Position numbers and translations under genes: made by a program
Shown: positions 61,530-64,000 of the stretch, piece by piece
Numbering within the stretch: position 1 is the stretch's first letter
How the letters are laid out: the number at the start of each line of letters is the position of its first letter
NCBI GenBank assembly: GCA_010093705.1
Contig: MU006091.1
Coordinates: forward strand, 248,001 to 312,000
From: Patellaria atrata CBS 101060
Taxonomy: Eukaryota
Direction of reading: 5' to 3'
Length of the DNA stretch: 64,000 nt
Notes under the pieces: generated by a model
The model's database searches: none
What the model saw: only the letters and a program-made list of their open reading frames with translations
Told to the model about the DNA's origin: nothing

Positions 61530-62923
61530 GGTGTTGGTATGCTCTCCTACTTTCGAGAGAAAAGATATATTAAGTCGGTAGTCAGGAGAAGGAACACAAC
61601 AAACGCCGCGAGGATTCGGAGGAAGCTTAAGACGACTTTTCTGGGGACAAGGCGTTTGGACTAGTGAACGGTTGTGGAACTACGTCTGCTTTTAAGGTCG
61701 AGTTCGGCGTGGTGTGCCTGGTAGGGGTAGATCTCAGGTAAGAAAGTCGAGGAATGATGTAAGAGAAGCTAGTGGCATGTGAATTAGGACCGTTACTCGG
61801 CTCGTAATGCGACTTAAGCAAGTAACTGTAAGCTTATTTTCGATCGAGTGATTGCGCAGTGGGATAGTCGTGTCTATCGCGCTTAGTGCGTGATTAGTGC
61901 GTGTTGATCCCTCCGATCTGAGGAGATATTAACCGAACAAATTCTGGGACGGGGAGGTAGAAAATCGAAGTGGAAGTTGGCAGTTGGGGTTTTATCTTTT
62001 TATTTGTTTAATTGTTCACTTGCGAAGAGTTTATACCGCCCAGTCCCCCTTTGTGGGGACTGTTGAGGTTTGTGGTGTGATATATGTCCCACATTTGTGC
62101 AATCAGGGTCAGCCATACAAGGCAAGGCGGGCAGAGACGGGTCAATGACCACATTACGCCGTGTTTGTTTGTTATGCAAAATTTCTCTATACAGTCAGCA
62201 CGGGAGAGAAAGCTGTTGGAGATCTTCTAGCTTTGCAAATCTCCCGTCTTTCTAACTTACTATCACTGCAAAACTACGTCAAATCATCTATTTACACTTC
62301 AACGATGAAGTAACGACTATCTTTCAATCCGAAGATACAACCCGAAACCGAGAAATGACGAACTGTCCTCAACTAGGCAGAAGTTCTGGAATGATCAGGA
62401 GAGAAACTGATAAATGCAGTGAGGTCGGAGCCTGGTGCAGGAAGTTTGTAATATGATGTCGATGATTGGTCCAACAAATTCCTGAACAATGACCTTCGAT
62501 TTGCAGGATTTGATTTATCATTTCAAGCTCAGACTCTACCTCGTACAGTGCGTTTACGATTATTCTCAGAGCACATGAACTTACAGGCCTGATCGTCCAT
62601 CAAACGTTGAGTGGAACTGCACCTCACCAGTCTCCTCGGATGAGAAGGGCTCAGGATCGCAGTTGGTCACTGAAAAGCTTTGGCCAGATCAAAAGCCATT
62701 TCAGTATCACACAAGTAACGCAATAGGTACTCGATACAGATATGCTGTTAAGTTCTTGTACTGTACAGTCATTGGTGAAACCTTGAATTAGAAGTACTTT
62801 TTACTTTTGAAGATATATCTAATATACAATGAGCAGAACAAAAAAGCAACGTCTTTAACAAAAGGGTATATAACAGGACAGGAAGTATGAATATAAGAGA
62901 AAAGGTGTGACTTCTAGTCGCCA

Positions 62924-64000
62924 TTATGGCCCTAGCTCTGTCCCTATATGTACAGGACTCCAACCTACCCGTGACTTCGGAGGCAACGCTTCCAGAAATG
63001 AGTCGCATATATACTGAACCTGTTCCGACTTTAGGTAGGGATTCATTGGAAGGCTTAATATTCGTTCAGCTAACCAGTCGCTGTTCGCAAGTATTTGACC
63101 TTCCACGGTGTATTTCTCAAAAGCCAGATGCCGGTGTAAAGGCTTTGGATAGTATATTCCAGTCGAGATGCCTTTCAGTTCGAGTTCTTTGCGAATCTTC
63201 TCCCTCATATTCTCATTCTCGACAGTTACTGTGAACAGACCCCGGGCGTGTACATCTGTTTGGGAAATCTTCTGCACTGGGACTATTTTTTCCAGTTGGT
63301 CTTCATACATCTTTGCAACCCTCCTTCTCTCATGCAATTCTTCGTCCAGTATGGCTAACTTCGAAAGAAGTATTGCACATTGCATTGAGTCGAGACGCCC
63401 GTTAAGCCCAACCCGGATACTCATGGATCTAGCATCGTCCGTTCCGTGCCACCGTATAGATTTCCACCTTTTAAATCTTTCAAGGTCATCCGTGAATAGC
63501 GCTCCTCCATCACCGAATCCACCCAAAGATTTGGATGGGTAGAAACTAGTCGCCGTCATGTCTGCTAGAGTACCCACCCTTTGACCATTTTGCGATCCAC
63601 CAAATGACTGAGCAGCATCAGCCAAAACAATCATCTGAAACTTTCGAGCAATTCGATTGATCTCTGCGTAGTTTGCGGGCAGTCCATACAGGTCGACTGC
63701 GATTATAACTCTGGGTCTCAGTTTACCTTCGGTGACGACTCTCTGGATGGCGAGTTCGAGCGATCTGATGCAGATATTGCATGTATCTCGTTCTACGTCG
63801 ACGAAAATGGGTACCGCACCTGCTGTCAACACTGCGTTACACGTTGCGTTGTAGGTAAACGCTGGAATGAAAACAGCTTCATTTGGACCTAAATCTTCGC
63901 CCATCAGCGCTATCGTCAATGCAGTGGTCCCACTCGATACGGTCAGGGCATACTTTGCACCAGTGTATGAGGCCAACGATGCTTCCAACTCAGTCACCTC
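62924..64000 (-). CDS. DegT/DnrJ/EryC1/StrS-family PLP-dependent sugar aminotransferase (WbpE-like), 5' end beyond the window
   Basis: EVTELEASLASYTG, SSGTTAL, PAFTYNAT, PIFVDV, VDLYGLPA, ADAAQSFG, TSFYPSKSLGGFGDGG (PLP lysine), GLNGRLD, YYPKPLH and LSLPM. No intron in the visible 1.08 kb. Confidence 0.92.
   Translation of the reverse strand, partial: EVTELEASLASYTGAKYALTVSSGTTALTIALMGEDLGPNEAVFIPAFTYNATCNAVLTAGAVPIFVDVERDTCNICIRSLELAIQRVVTEGKLRPRVIIAVDLYGLPANYAEINRIARKFQMIVLADAAQSFGGSQNGQRVGTLADMTATSFYPSKSLGGFGDGGALFTDDLERFKRWKSIRWHGTDDARSMSIRVGLNGRLDSMQCAILLSKLAILDEELHERRRVAKMYEDQLEKIVPVQKISQTDVHARGLFTVTVENENMREKIRKELELKGISTGIYYPKPLHRHLAFEKYTVEGQILANSDWLAERILSLPMNPYLKSEQVQYICDSFLEALPPKSRVGWSPVHIGTELGP

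Noticed and set aside
62041..62062. Hairpin CAGTCCCC-ctttgt-GGGGACTG as a Helitron end or terminator associated with the DegT gene
   Set aside because: No nearby CTRR end or U-tract, and a single 8-bp stem is expected by chance.

Overview
Gene-dense, intron-containing segment of a filamentous ascomycete (Pezizomycotina) nuclear genome. It has GT-AG introns with CTAAC/CTGAC branch sites and two N gaps (43922-44021, 51751-52701). Housekeeping genes: NAP-family chaperone, TAF6, NDK1, GID7/WDR26, MTHFR, AP-1 mu, NRP1-like RNA-binding protein, condensin YCG1 and cysteine synthase. Accessory genes: CAP-like secreted protein, two F-box-like proteins, DUF1295 protein, GRAM-type protein, a divergent MFS transporter/FAD monooxygenase pair and a GT25 glycosyltransferase. 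Most notable: (1) an intronless, bacterial-type DegT/WbpE sugar aminotransferase running off the right edge (horizontal transfer candidate); (2) an intronless PolX-like nucleotidyltransferase of unknown function; (3) a probable CUG-initiated, NLS-bearing N-terminal extension of GID7; (4) two small spliced genes missed or only partly captured by the ORF track; (5) recurrent C-rich to G-rich skew inversions. All family assignments come from motif recognition by eye. No database search was run.
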